Positions 44,616 through 54,614 of a stretch of 64,000 bases of DNA are shown here, piece after piece. Within the stretch, counting starts at the first letter, position 1; every line of letters starts with the position of its first letter. Location: IMG/VR virus record IMGVR_UViG_3300021142_000013, positions 38,075 to 102,074 of that record; one strand, given 5' to 3'. This DNA is from a virus. The position numbers and the translations under genes were made by a program. The notes under the pieces are model-generated. The model did not search any database, was not told the origin of the DNA, and saw only the letters and a program-made list of their open reading frames with translations.

Positions 44616-46369
44616 CTAAAACAATCTTGTAACTCCTTTATAAGTAAAAGAGTACTTTTTATCTTTTGTGAGATCGTGATTACTTACATAATCTCCTTCT
44701 TTAAAATCTCTTGCAAATATTCTGCATTTTTCTTCATAGTATGCGATTAAATATTCACTTAAAAACGAAGCTGTCTTATCTCCTTTAAAGAATTCTCTAT
44801 AATGATTTAGGACTCCTGTAAATGTTATTTTTTCAGGAGAAGTTATTATTTTTTGTTGATTATATTCTGTATATTTAATAATAGCTAAACACATAAATAA
44901 CCAATTAATCATCTTTTGAGGATTTAAAGTAGCTGAAGATAACCTTGATTCAGCAGTACCTCTTTCAGAAAATATCATGTTCTGATAATTCCACCAATAA
45001 TCATTGTGTTAACATATAGGCTTTTTATCCTACATTTCTATATATTTCTATATAGTTCAGACTATATCTTCACCTAAATAGGTGTTGGATGCTCGTGGTA
45101 ATTTCATAACCGTTCTGGTCGTTTATTACTAGTCGTTGAACCTGCTATCTATTCCTAGATAGGTCGGCTGCTGATTGGCATAGATTTCTCCTTAGCGTCC
45201 CAGCAATTCTTCCAATTTATAGTCGGCAGTATTGGAGTTTACCGACTTTTTCTATTCCATTTTTCTCTGATAGGATGCTTTTTTCTTTGACGATTGTAAT
45301 TTATATCTGCAGGAGCACCGTCAGATAAAAACTTAAATATATCTTCATATACTTCATTGACATATCCTTTATATCCTTCTTTAGATTTATCCTGAAGAGG
45401 GTATATATGTAAGCGATCAAGTTTTTGACAATAATTCTTATGTTTAATACCGTCAGGATTTGTCTTATAATAAGGAAACATTTTAAATACATCATCTTGT
45501 ATCTGATGGCAAAGAATATAAAGAGCTACCATATAACCTCTGTCTAAAGGAATATTTCCAAAATGTATATGATAAGAACAATTAATGTCTACATTACATC
45601 TTTTAGATAATTCCTCTGCAATAGTTACAATGTTTTGCAAACATTTTACTCCTCCCATAGGTACTGTAACCCATTCTGCGCCTCCTATAGAACCATCTCT
45701 ACAGGATACTACTCCGTGACGATATTGAAAATTATTACTACAGTTTCCTGCAGAAGTTTCAATTTCAATACCTATTGTAGTATCTCCAAGAATTTTTCCG
45801 TAAGGAATTACTTCTCGACTAATAGATAAAGGATAATTCTTATATGTTTTTTTCTTTTCTGCAAATTCTTCTACATTATCTTCAATATTGTATCCCTTAT
45901 GTTTGAAGTCTTTTTCCGCACGAATTGATTGAAATTTTTTAATATCCGCTTCAGACCATTCATCTTTATCATACCAAACACAATTTGAAATTTCTTCAAT
46001 ATAATTGTTTTCCAGAAGAATTTCTTTATTTATAGCAGTAAAGTTACCAAATTTCTTACTACGTCCTGCTACATTATTATAAACATTTGGAGTAAAGAAT
46101 TCAAAGATAGGTGTTTTATCTTTGAATCCTATAACTCCTTTTATTAATTGAGGGTTGTCTTGAATAACTTTCCATTCACGTAATTCATAGTCAAAAGCTA
46201 TTTTTCCTGAACATTTACGATACCACTTTCCGTTTATTTCAAAACAATCTTTATCAATTACATGATATGCATCTAATATATGTTTACAATTTATACGATA
46301 TTCCTTTTCACCAGTAACTGTTTTTACTACTTTTAATTTCAAGTTAGGATTATCACTATATAAAATCAT
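44616..46369 (-). CDS. Amidoligase (glutamate-cysteine ligase/GS-fold), two exons 46369-45241 and 45001-44616, 504 aa spliced
   Basis: TIGIEIET, RDGSI...EWVT.P, CSYHIH, NYC; splicing restores ..RKSR|YYWWNYQNMIFSERGTAESR (RY..N...T.E.R motif). Confidence 0.85.
45002..45240 (-). ncRNA. Group I intron (IA-type, 239 nt, no ORF) in the amidoligase gene
   Basis: P1 AGTCGGT/GCCGACT with U-G at the splice site; P AATTGCTGGGA, Q AATCAGCAGC, R TTCAACGACTA, S AAGATATAGTCTG; terminal G; P10 CCAATA/TATTGG; removal restores the reading frame. Confidence 0.92.
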
Positions 46370-48510
46370 ACATTAACTGTTGTTTTTTTATTTAATTCTT
46401 CGATAAATTCTTTTAACGCGTCTTGATTTGCTTCAGAAATAGTTTCTAAACTCTTTTTGATATTATCTATTACTTTATACAAAGCATTTGCTACTTCTTG
46501 AGCTAAATCATTGTTTTCTAATCCTTGAAGATCATCTGCAACACTATTAATATCTTGTGTAAAAAGAACGGTATCTTCCATTAAAGCCTTAATTTCCATA
46601 ATTTGTTTTTCTTTTTTTTCAGTTAAATCTTCATGTTCAGTTAATGTTTTCTCTATTGTCTTTTCTTCTGTTTTAGCTCCTACTCTTATCCATTTAGCGA
46701 CATCTTCCAGAGAAGCATCTTTGTCAGATGAATTCTTAGAAATTTCAAAGAAATAATCTAAAGTTTCAAAGGTATCTCCTAATTGAGCACGAATTGAAAC
46801 TCCTGTAAGTACAGCTTTGTTGATAGAATTAAATAAAAATGCCTCTACTTCTTCTGTATCAGGATCTAATTCGCAAGTTCGTGTTAAATAATCTGCACAA
46901 TATTGTAAAAGTGCATTAAACTCATTTTTAGAAAATCCTCGTAAAGCAGTTTCAAATTTATCAAAAACAATATCAAAACCTATACCATCATCTTTAATAG
47001 ATGTTTTACAAGCAATATTACAAGAACCAACATTTTTTTGAATGTTAAAGGGAAGTTGCGATTGAAATGATTCATCTATATCCAAGGCTTTATCTCCACG
47101 AACGGAAGAAGTTATGCCTGTAAGATAACCATTACTTACAATATAAACCCGTGAACTGAATTTAAAATCAATATTCTTTTCATAAGGACGACCTGAAAGA
47201 TACCACATAAATCGTGTTTCAGGTGAAATTTCCAAAGATTCTGTAGGTAAATTTGTTACGGGATATATGGAATAATGGCTTATCAATACAGCAAAATTGG
47301 TTCTATTGGAAATCCAATGTCCTTTCGTTGCTTCTTTTGATAAGTATTGAAAATTATCCAAACTCTTAACCATAACTCCTGCGTAAAAGAAATATTGCTT
47401 TGCAGTAACATCTTTCATATCAGAAATTTCACCCCTATGTTTCAACCAGTAAGTGCCATTACAAAGGAGTCCTTTATAATAATATCTACCAAATCTAACA
47501 TATATACTATCTTTATCTGCTTTTTCAGGAATAGTTTCTTTCCATACCAGAGAAATCTTACTATTTTTCTCAAATACAGAAGCACTTTCAGAAGCGGATT
47601 TTATAATATTTTTTATAATATTATTGTTTATTCCCTGATTCTGGTAAGTAAATTCCAAATTAGCATCTTTTCTATTAATTTCCTTACGATATCCTGTGAT
47701 AACTCCATTAGTAACTCTAAATATCGTGTTGTATTCGAGAGTTTCAACTTTTTGGCGATTTTCGCGAATAGATTCTAAAGCAGATGCCATAGAACTAAAA
47801 TAGATACCTTCAGGCGTTTTCATATAGTGCATTGGTCTCTCCTCATAGAGTTCTCCTTTAGGAGTTTTACGCGTTGCACCATGATATAAATAAAGACTAT
47901 TAGGCTGTCCTTTTTTAGTCCAAACTAATGCTGCAGCACCCTTATACTTTTCAAGGATTTCCACGCCTACTTTGTCTATTAACATTCCTAAAGCTTTACT
48001 ATCTACATGTATTTTAATGTGATCTATATCATTTACTCTACATAATTCCCATATGTTTTCAATACGTCCGTTATGTACAATAATCATGTCATTTTTTTCA
48101 TCACCACTTACACTTTTGATGTAAAATGGATGATTATTTTCAACAGTCTGTGCTCCATGAGTAGCTTGCCTTGCGTGGCATATCATCAAATTACCTTTTG
48201 TTATATCTATTAAAGGTAATTCGTAATTTGCAATATAACTACTAAAGAGTCTAGTGTCTAATTTAACTTCTGTATCATTATGTCCTTTGTAAATACTCCC
48301 GTTTACAAAAAATCCACAACCATGTTCGCCTCTACTCTGATTATAAAGACCAAGAATCGCAATCTTCATTCTAATCATGTTTAATTGGACAGGTGTAGGA
48401 GCTTTTATTGCAGAAATACCCCAAATACCACAAAATGTCATACTATGATCTCGTTTAAATATAAACGAAAATAGTAGTTGAACTAATAAATAGATTGTTA
48501 TTATTGTCAT
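46366..48510 (-). CDS. Class II (Ntn) glutamine amidotransferase with long C-terminal extension
   Basis: CGIWG, N..RG.H.CG, CHARQAT.G....N.HPF, VHNG.I.N, VDS, ERPM. Confidence 0.85.
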   Translation of the reverse strand: MTIITIYLLVQLLFSFIFKRDHSMTFCGIWGISAIKAPTPVQLNMIRMKIAILGLYNQSRGEHGCGFFVNGSIYKGHNDTEVKLDTRLFSSYIANYELPLIDITKGNLMICHARQATHGAQTVENNHPFYIKSVSGDEKNDMIIVHNGRIENIWELCRVNDIDHIKIHVDSKALGMLIDKVGVEILEKYKGAAALVWTKKGQPNSLYLYHGATRKTPKGELYEERPMHYMKTPEGIYFSSMASALESIRENRQKVETLEYNTIFRVTNGVITGYRKEINRKDANLEFTYQNQGINNNIIKNIIKSASESASVFEKNSKISLVWKETIPEKADKDSIYVRFGRYYYKGLLCNGTYWLKHRGEISDMKDVTAKQYFFYAGVMVKSLDNFQYLSKEATKGHWISNRTNFAVLISHYSIYPVTNLPTESLEISPETRFMWYLSGRPYEKNIDFKFSSRVYIVSNGYLTGITSSVRGDKALDIDESFQSQLPFNIQKNVGSCNIACKTSIKDDGIGFDIVFDKFETALRGFSKNEFNALLQYCADYLTRTCELDPDTEEVEAFLFNSINKAVLTGVSIRAQLGDTFETLDYFFEISKNSSDKDASLEDVAKWIRVGAKTEEKTIEKTLTEHEDLTEKKEKQIMEIKALMEDTVLFTQDINSVADDLQGLENNDLAQEVANALYKVIDNIKKSLETISEANQDALKEFIEELNKKTTVNV

Positions 48511-48514
48511 TGTT

Positions 48515-49339
48515 TTAGTTTTTTTCTAAGAATTTTAGTTTAGCAATTTTTGGTACTTCTTCAATATATTTCTGTAAAGTGATAACTCCCATTGATGGAG
48601 CAGATGCGCTTTCTATAACAATCCACTCTGGATTTTCTCGTTTACGATTCTTTTTATCCTGAGCAGATTGTACTCGAACATCAAATGCAGCTATGTCAAG
48701 ACCTAAATGTTGAAGAGCATCTACACAATCTTTAACAATAGAATCCCAATTAACAGGCTTATTGAACTCCTCATTGTTTTCAAGAATCCATACACAATTA
48801 TCATCATGTCTTTGCCATTTGTTTTTTTCAGGAGCATCTCTTTTCAACATTTTTCTACAAGTATAGAAACATCCATTTTTAGTTACATGTAGACGATATT
48901 CTCTTGTATAAGAGTAATATTTTTCTAATATGTAATTGGAATTATTTTTCCCTTGTATAGTTATATTAAATTCTTCAAGATTATCACAGAGATAATTACC
49001 TGTACCTCTAGATCCTAATACATGTTTAATAACTATAGGAAAAGGTAACTCTTTTGTTGCGATTTCTTGTTTCGTTTCAGCATCAATGATAATCCCTTTA
49101 TCAAAATAAAACCATTTAGCTGTTTTGATATTCCCTTTATTGAAACATTCCTTCATCAAATGTTTATTTGATGAGTTTTTAACCCCTTCTACGCTATTTA
49201 TTTGTATATATCTAGGATCTACTATCTCTGTAGTGCTACCTAGCCTTAAAACGCTTCTAAATGGCAATAATGGTAGTAAATTTCTCAGTTCTTGATGGCT
49301 GGGATGCCTCGACCTCAATCTTGTTCTAAAGAGTTTCAT
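48515..49339 (-). CDS. ATP-grasp ligase (RimK/phiEco32-like)
   Basis: RSRHPSH, RLGSTT, NSSNK..MK..F, P.V.K...GSRG.G, E.Y....EYR.HV, GLD.AA.DV, IES.SAPS.G. Confidence 0.85.
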   Translation of the reverse strand: MKLFRTRLRSRHPSHQELRNLLPLLPFRSVLRLGSTTEIVDPRYIQINSVEGVKNSSNKHLMKECFNKGNIKTAKWFYFDKGIIIDAETKQEIATKELPFPIVIKHVLGSRGTGNYLCDNLEEFNITIQGKNNSNYILEKYYSYTREYRLHVTKNGCFYTCRKMLKRDAPEKNKWQRHDDNCVWILENNEEFNKPVNWDSIVKDCVDALQHLGLDIAAFDVRVQSAQDKKNRKRENPEWIVIESASAPSMGVITLQKYIEEVPKIAKLKFLEKN

Positions 49340-49940
49340 CTAATAGTTTATTTAATAAGTTTTGGAAATATTTAACAGTTTCATGATTCTCAGGCATATA
49401 TTCAGGATGAGGTTGTATACCTAATGCTTTTATTTTAGGATAATATACTACTTCGCACTCTAATGGCGGATTCATTTCTTCCTCATTACCGCCTTCATGA
49501 TAAGGAGAGATATCTTTTGTCCATCCAAGAATTTTATAATCTGTTTTAGGTAAATTAAACGGATATTGTGCCTGATGATGAGTAGATGTTACCATTAACT
49601 CCTTACCATCATACGTTTTCATTTTATGATTACCTGGATTATATTGATGTTGAACGAGTTTTCCTCCTGCAAGTATCGAAGAAATGAATTGTGATCCCCT
49701 ACATACACCGCATATGGGTATACCTAAATTAATTGCTTTTTCAGCTTCTTGTTTTTCTTCAACATCGCGCTGTTTATTATTTCCTGTACGAGGATGTTTT
49801 TTTTCACCATACATTGAAGGGCTTACGTCTTCGCCGCCTGTGAGAACTACAAGATTAGCTTTTTCCATTTTATTGGTTATTTCTCCTTGCATCCAGTTGG
49901 CATATCCTTTAGAGCCACCTATGACATAGATTTTTCGCAT
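49326..49940 (-). CDS. Class I glutamine amidotransferase / peptidase C26-like
   Basis: LTGGEDV.P..Y, RD..E, GVCRGSQ nucleophile elbow, STHHQ, QPHPE. Confidence 0.9.
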   Translation of the reverse strand: MRKIYVIGGSKGYANWMQGEITNKMEKANLVVLTGGEDVSPSMYGEKKHPRTGNNKQRDVEEKQEAEKAINLGIPICGVCRGSQFISSILAGGKLVQHQYNPGNHKMKTYDGKELMVTSTHHQAQYPFNLPKTDYKILGWTKDISPYHEGGNEEEMNPPLECEVVYYPKIKALGIQPHPEYMPENHETVKYFQNLLNKLLDETL

Positions 49941-50614
49941 TCTATTATTTTTAAGTAGTTATTTAATAATTCTTCTTTAGTCTTACTATCCTTTAGAGCT
50001 TTTTCTAGTTTTGTATTTGCAGGATAAGTTTCATACATATCTTTTAGCTTTACAATACCGAAGTTCTTTTTTAAATATGCATTCACTAAAGTACCCTCTG
50101 GTGTATCAGAATTCAAAATGTATTTTAAGTATTCTTCATGATTTACAAATCGTACTAATACATGCGCAGGACGAAAAGAATGCATCTGATCACATACATA
50201 TGTACATAAAACAAATATATTCCATAATTCAGATATCTCAACAACATCTTTTGAGAATTTTAAGAACGCTTTTACAATTAAATAGAAATCTCCCTCATAG
50301 ACATAACGAATACTATTAATAAGTATCTTACCTACTAAATAAGAGTTTTCACTAACAATTATATCCACGATCCATTTTTCTTTTGTATTTTCATATGTGA
50401 ATATGAAACCTAATTTTTTCAAAAGAGAAAAATATCTTATTACTTGATTTTCACTTAATCCGTCGTACCAATCTTTAACAATATATATTTTAATCGATTT
50501 AACTTTGGATAATTCACAATAAATGTGTGAAAAACAAGAACTTCTGTCAATTTTTACTTCCTTGTCTGTATTTGTTATATAATCGTAGGTTACTATTTGA
50601 TTACAATATTTCAT
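49919..50614 (-). CDS. Hypothetical protein, tandem paralog of 50601..51248
   Basis: Colinear similarity (VK.W...L.E......LKK..F.FTY.NT.E.W...NS.LV.KIL.N..R..Y...F..IVK.FLKF, LWNI). Confidence 0.75.
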   Translation of the reverse strand: MKYCNQIVTYDYITNTDKEVKIDRSSCFSHIYCELSKVKSIKIYIVKDWYDGLSENQVIRYFSLLKKLGFIFTYENTKEKWIVDIIVSENSYLVGKILINSIRYVYEGDFYLIVKAFLKFSKDVVEISELWNIFVLCTYVCDQMHSFRPAHVLVRFVNHEEYLKYILNSDTPEGTLVNAYLKKNFGIVKLKDMYETYPANTKLEKALKDSKTKEELLNNYLKIIECEKSMS

Positions 50615-51248
50615 TTAATAATTCTTTACAATTTTTAGAATTTTTTACAGCATCAATATACTTTTGTTTACAGTTATTGTATTTGTCTTGTCCAGGTAGT
50701 CCAAATTCATGTTCTATATAATGTCTAATGTGTTCGTTAGTACTTGCTTTTAAAATTTTTTCTTGAAATTCTTGCAATGTAACTAAACGTACTCCTATAT
50801 ATGGATTAAATGAATGATTTGAATTAGACCGTGTATCTACGTAAGTAGACAATAACAAGATATTCCATAAAGGTTGTTTCTGCTTGTTTTTTACAAATTT
50901 TAGAAATGTTTTAACAATATCTGGAAAATTTTCAGCATATAAAAAACGAAAACAATTCAATAGAATCTTATTAACCAACATACTATTCTTTTCAGGTTTT
51001 ATTTCAAATATCCACTCCTCTTCTGTATTCCGATATGTGAATTTGAATTTCATTTTTTTTAAATATCCTAAAAAAGATAATATTTCCTCTTCTGTTAGTG
51101 CATTACTCCACTTCTTCACAAAAAATACTTGAACCGTTTCTATATTATATAAGTTTCTATAAAAACGATTGTAACACGCATAATTTTCGCGTAATTGAAA
51201 ATTTTCATCTGCTTTATATTTTAAACGATATTCTACATCACAATGCAT
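50601..51248 (-). CDS. Hypothetical protein, tandem paralog of 49919..50614
   Basis: See the paralog. Confidence 0.75.
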   Translation of the reverse strand: MHCDVEYRLKYKADENFQLRENYACYNRFYRNLYNIETVQVFFVKKWSNALTEEEILSFLGYLKKMKFKFTYRNTEEEWIFEIKPEKNSMLVNKILLNCFRFLYAENFPDIVKTFLKFVKNKQKQPLWNILLLSTYVDTRSNSNHSFNPYIGVRLVTLQEFQEKILKASTNEHIRHYIEHEFGLPGQDKYNNCKQKYIDAVKNSKNCKELLNEIL

Positions 51249-52046
51249 TTATACTAAATTTATTTGAAAGTCTTTAATTAAATTCTCAGCTAATTCTCTA
51301 TTAGAATTATTTATTGTTTGTTGAATAATATCGCCCAATCCTTCTATTTCATTAATGCGATTATTGTTCACAAAATCAACAGCTTTTTTAGTATTTTTAA
51401 AAGTCCATGTTATCAATCTCTTATTGGAAGAAAAAAATGAAGATAAAGTTCTGTATTCAGCACCCCATTGAGTGTGGCGCATATTACCTGCACAACCATA
51501 TCCAACTTGTTTTCTTTCATTTTCTGGTTCAATGAGTATAGATGGTACTCCTAGAAATAAATCACATGCTTTTATTAATGCATAATTTGCCTCTTCAGAT
51601 GGATTATCATAGCCCATATGAATGTGATATCCACAAGCACGAAGATTATCTCCTGTTGGTTGAGGACGTATTTCTTCCAATGTCCAACAATTCCATGACG
51701 GGTCACAACCGAAATGCTTTGCATTATCTGTTTGCAGATATTTTTCATCTAATCTTGCAGAAGGCATTGCTATCGCTTCTAGATTAGCAGGAATAGTTGC
51801 GTTAATATAATTAATTAATTTAGCAACATTCTTATAGAATTCATAAGCAGTCTTTACAGGTGGAATATTTCCTTCTGCAGATACATTATCCAAAGAAGTT
51901 GCGAAAAACTTATTTCCTGCTACAAATTTAAAAGGTTCGTCCTTTGTTCCTCTTATTATTCCTTCTGCGGATACTACTTCTTTAGTTTTTTTATCTCTTA
52001 GGAAATACTCAATATCGCTACCTAGCGTTAAATTATTTATTTTCAT
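51249..52046 (-). CDS. COOH-NH2 ligase type 2 (phiEco32-like)
   Basis: TLGSD.E.F, G.I.GTK..P, DNV.AE.NI.P, FGCDP..N, R..G.HIH.G, DL.LGVPS, YG.AG..R...G.EYRTLS.F. Confidence 0.9.
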   Translation of the reverse strand: MKINNLTLGSDIEYFLRDKKTKEVVSAEGIIRGTKDEPFKFVAGNKFFATSLDNVSAEGNIPPVKTAYEFYKNVAKLINYINATIPANLEAIAMPSARLDEKYLQTDNAKHFGCDPSWNCWTLEEIRPQPTGDNLRACGYHIHMGYDNPSEEANYALIKACDLFLGVPSILIEPENERKQVGYGCAGNMRHTQWGAEYRTLSSFFSSNKRLITWTFKNTKKAVDFVNNNRINEIEGLGDIIQQTINNSNRELAENLIKDFQINLV

Positions 52047-52049
52047 ATA

Positions 52050-52490
52050 TTAATGTTTATTATTCCAATTACCAGATTTAATTATATTTTTGCGTTCAAA
52101 AGCATCATCATTATGCATTACATACATGTATCCTTTACCATACGGAGTATCTACTGCAATTATATCATACCAATTATCACTATCTCCAGGAATCCCTGTA
52201 CATCCTTCTAAGCGATGTACTCTATTTAAAACAGTGTTACTTGTTATTTTAAATACATCACATTCAATAGAACCTTTACCATTATCTATAACAATAGGAA
52301 AATGATCATTTTTTCCATACATTGTATAATTTGCATCAGTTCTAAATGTGCCTAAATATTCTGATTTGTGTTCTAGAAACGCTTTGTAATTATTTCTTCC
52401 TAAGCGCAAAGTTCCATAAACACATATGAGAACTTCTGGATTTTCTTCTGTAATTTCAATTCTTTTTGTTTGTTTTAGTACTGCTTCCAT
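52050..52490 (-). CDS. Gamma-glutamylcyclotransferase (AIG2/YtfP-like)
   Basis: VYGTLR.G..N, FP, RLEG, I.SG.W. Confidence 0.85.
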   Translation of the reverse strand: MEAVLKQTKRIEITEENPEVLICVYGTLRLGRNNYKAFLEHKSEYLGTFRTDANYTMYGKNDHFPIVIDNGKGSIECDVFKITSNTVLNRVHRLEGCTGIPGDSDNWYDIIAVDTPYGKGYMYVMHNDDAFERKNIIKSGNWNNKH

Positions 52491-52648
52491 TAGTTTGTTA
52501 TTTTTTTAGTAAAAATTCCATTATTAGAATGTATGATTATTTTATCTCCTTTCTTTTGTAATCTTTTAACAATATTATCAGTGATTTTATAGTCGATAGT
52601 CATATCGTAATAAATCTTAATCGCTTTTTTTGTGTTAAAATTACTCAT

Positions 52649-52918
52649 TTATAGTTGTTCAGGGGTTACTAATAGCATGTCGTATCCATAATTTACTAAT
52701 CGCGAATTAATATTGTCACATAATTCTTCTACAGTGAATTCCTCACATAGAAATTCATAAGAATTCGCTTCATCTAGAAAATTGTAATCTTCTAATTCTC
52801 TATTTTTAGCAAAACTCTTAAAAATATCTATAACTTTTGAATACAATTTCTTTTCGCTACTAGAAACATAACTTTCTTGTACAATTCCATTTCTTAGAAC
52901 TAAGATTACTTTCTTCAT
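52649..52918 (-). CDS. Hypothetical protein
   Basis: 89-aa ORF coupled to the primase. Confidence 0.6.
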   Translation of the reverse strand: MKKVILVLRNGIVQESYVSSSEKKLYSKVIDIFKSFAKNRELEDYNFLDEANSYEFLCEEFTVEELCDNINSRLVNYGYDMLLVTPEQL

Positions 52919-53925
52919 AATAGATTTTTACTAATGAATAATTCTTTTAACATATCTAATCCATAATATTTTACATAATCACTTGCATCTTTAATTTTGA
53001 ATCGTTCGTACTCCTTGTATGGTATATTGAAGTAGCCAAAACCTTTATTATTCAATTTAATAGATGAATTTACACCTGTAACATCATTATCAAAAAAAAT
53101 GACTATCTTCTCAAAAGTATTCAGTAGTCTTTGTTGTAATTCCTCTGGAAAAGCTCCTTCTGATTCATTTTGCGTTGCAAGAACATTTTTGAAAAGTTTA
53201 CGGCAAATTATTAAATCTTTTTTACTTTTCGTAATAATACAAATCTTTTCATTGGAATTCCAATCAAAGTTAGATAATCCAAATGGAACTGTTAAAGGTA
53301 AAGAACTAACCCATTTCATTTTATCATCATGTGGACTATATATTTTTACTCCTACTTTATCCTCGTAGGGTTCAGGATATGCGAAACGCAATATGTTTTT
53401 AGTCCAAATTTCTTTTTTATTGATAAAAAGTTTCTTTATTGGATAGACATTTTCTCTTTCTAATTCTTCTTGTTTTATTTCATATTGTCGCCAAAAAGAT
53501 AGATTTTCTTTATTCCATTTATCTTTAACAAATTGAATGATTGTAGATTCTTTAATTTCTTTATCCAACGAATTGCTTTCTATAAATACCTTTTCAGGAA
53601 CCCTATTAGTAGTTCTATCTATTAATCCAAAGTCTTGTGCTATTCTTTCTAATGCTTGATAAAAATTACAATTATATAGAGTTTTAACAAAATCAAAGCA
53701 ATCCCATGTCTGATTATTACGAAAATCAGTATATATAATTTTGCCATTTTTACCAATAAAGAAAGAACATGAAGGATTTTTATCTTTAGAAAATTTTGAA
53801 CAATACGCACGACCTATCTTGAAGGAACCATGATAATACATAAATATTGCTTCTTCAGTTATCCTGCTAAGAATCCATTCTTTAGATAATAAAATTTTTA
53901 CAGTTGCTTTGTTAAAATCATACAT
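52915..53925 (-). CDS. DNA primase (DnaG-like TOPRIM)
   Basis: D.NPSCSF, Y.DF, D.FDFV, KIY.P, IITKS.KD, QNE, FFDND.TG, KDASD. Confidence 0.85.
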   Translation of the reverse strand: MYDFNKATVKILLSKEWILSRITEEAIFMYYHGSFKIGRAYCSKFSKDKNPSCSFFIGKNGKIIYTDFRNNQTWDCFDFVKTLYNCNFYQALERIAQDFGLIDRTTNRVPEKVFIESNSLDKEIKESTIIQFVKDKWNKENLSFWRQYEIKQEELERENVYPIKKLFINKKEIWTKNILRFAYPEPYEDKVGVKIYSPHDDKMKWVSSLPLTVPFGLSNFDWNSNEKICIITKSKKDLIICRKLFKNVLATQNESEGAFPEELQQRLLNTFEKIVIFFDNDVTGVNSSIKLNNKGFGYFNIPYKEYERFKIKDASDYVKYYGLDMLKELFISKNLL

Positions 53926-53941
53926 ATATAAGATTTAAAAT

Positions 53942-53972
53942 AAAAAAAAAAGAGTGCCTGGAAAGACACTCT
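53942..53972 (-). terminator. Intrinsic terminator after the SSB gene
   Basis: Minus strand AGAGTG-loop-CACTCT followed by a long T run. Confidence 0.75.
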
Positions 53973-54020
53973 GTAACTTATTAACTATAAAAACAAAACT
54001 ACACATTACAATTATTTATA

Positions 54021-54611
54021 TTAAAATGGAAGATCGACAAGAGGATCTCCTTCTTTTGTATCTGAATCTGGAAGTATTACATCGTTTGTTGTTGTAGATA
54101 GATTCTTATCTTTAGTAACAAACATATTCCAGTTAGCAGAACCTTTTTCAAAAGGACCTTCGTCTATATCCATTTTATCAGGTAGTATATAATTTGAGTA
54201 AGGAAAACATGCATATACTTTACCAGTATTAGTTTCTTTTCCTCCTACACAATACATTTTCTCAATTTTTTTATGCATAAATACTTTTTCAAAATATGCA
54301 GCAAGTAGATCTGAACTAGCAAAACTCCTATCACATTTTTTATCAAAAAGCATCAAATGCAAATATTGCAAACGATCAATTGCTTTTGGTGTTAAGAAGA
54401 ATTTTTCAGTCATTTGACCTTCTTTTCCTTCAAATTTAATCGCTAAATAAGGAGTTTTCTTTTCCATTGTACCCGTTTTAACTCCGTCGGGTTGTACATA
54501 CTCTACTTCACTAATAACCAGTTTATAATGGCCTGGTTGTAAATATTTGGTATCTTTTGGTATTTCCGTTGCTGCAAAATCAAATGTTTCGTCTACTCGA
54601 ACTTTTTCCAT
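54021..54611 (-). CDS. Single-stranded DNA-binding protein (DUF669-like)
   Basis: YL.PG.Y.L.I..V, acidic tail ending DLPF; adjacent to the Sak4-like ATPase. Confidence 0.65.
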   Translation of the reverse strand: MEKVRVDETFDFAATEIPKDTKYLQPGHYKLVISEVEYVQPDGVKTGTMEKKTPYLAIKFEGKEGQMTEKFFLTPKAIDRLQYLHLMLFDKKCDRSFASSDLLAAYFEKVFMHKKIEKMYCVGGKETNTGKVYACFPYSNYILPDKMDIDEGPFEKGSANWNMFVTKDKNLSTTTNDVILPDSDTKEGDPLVDLPF

Positions 54612-54614
54612 ATT

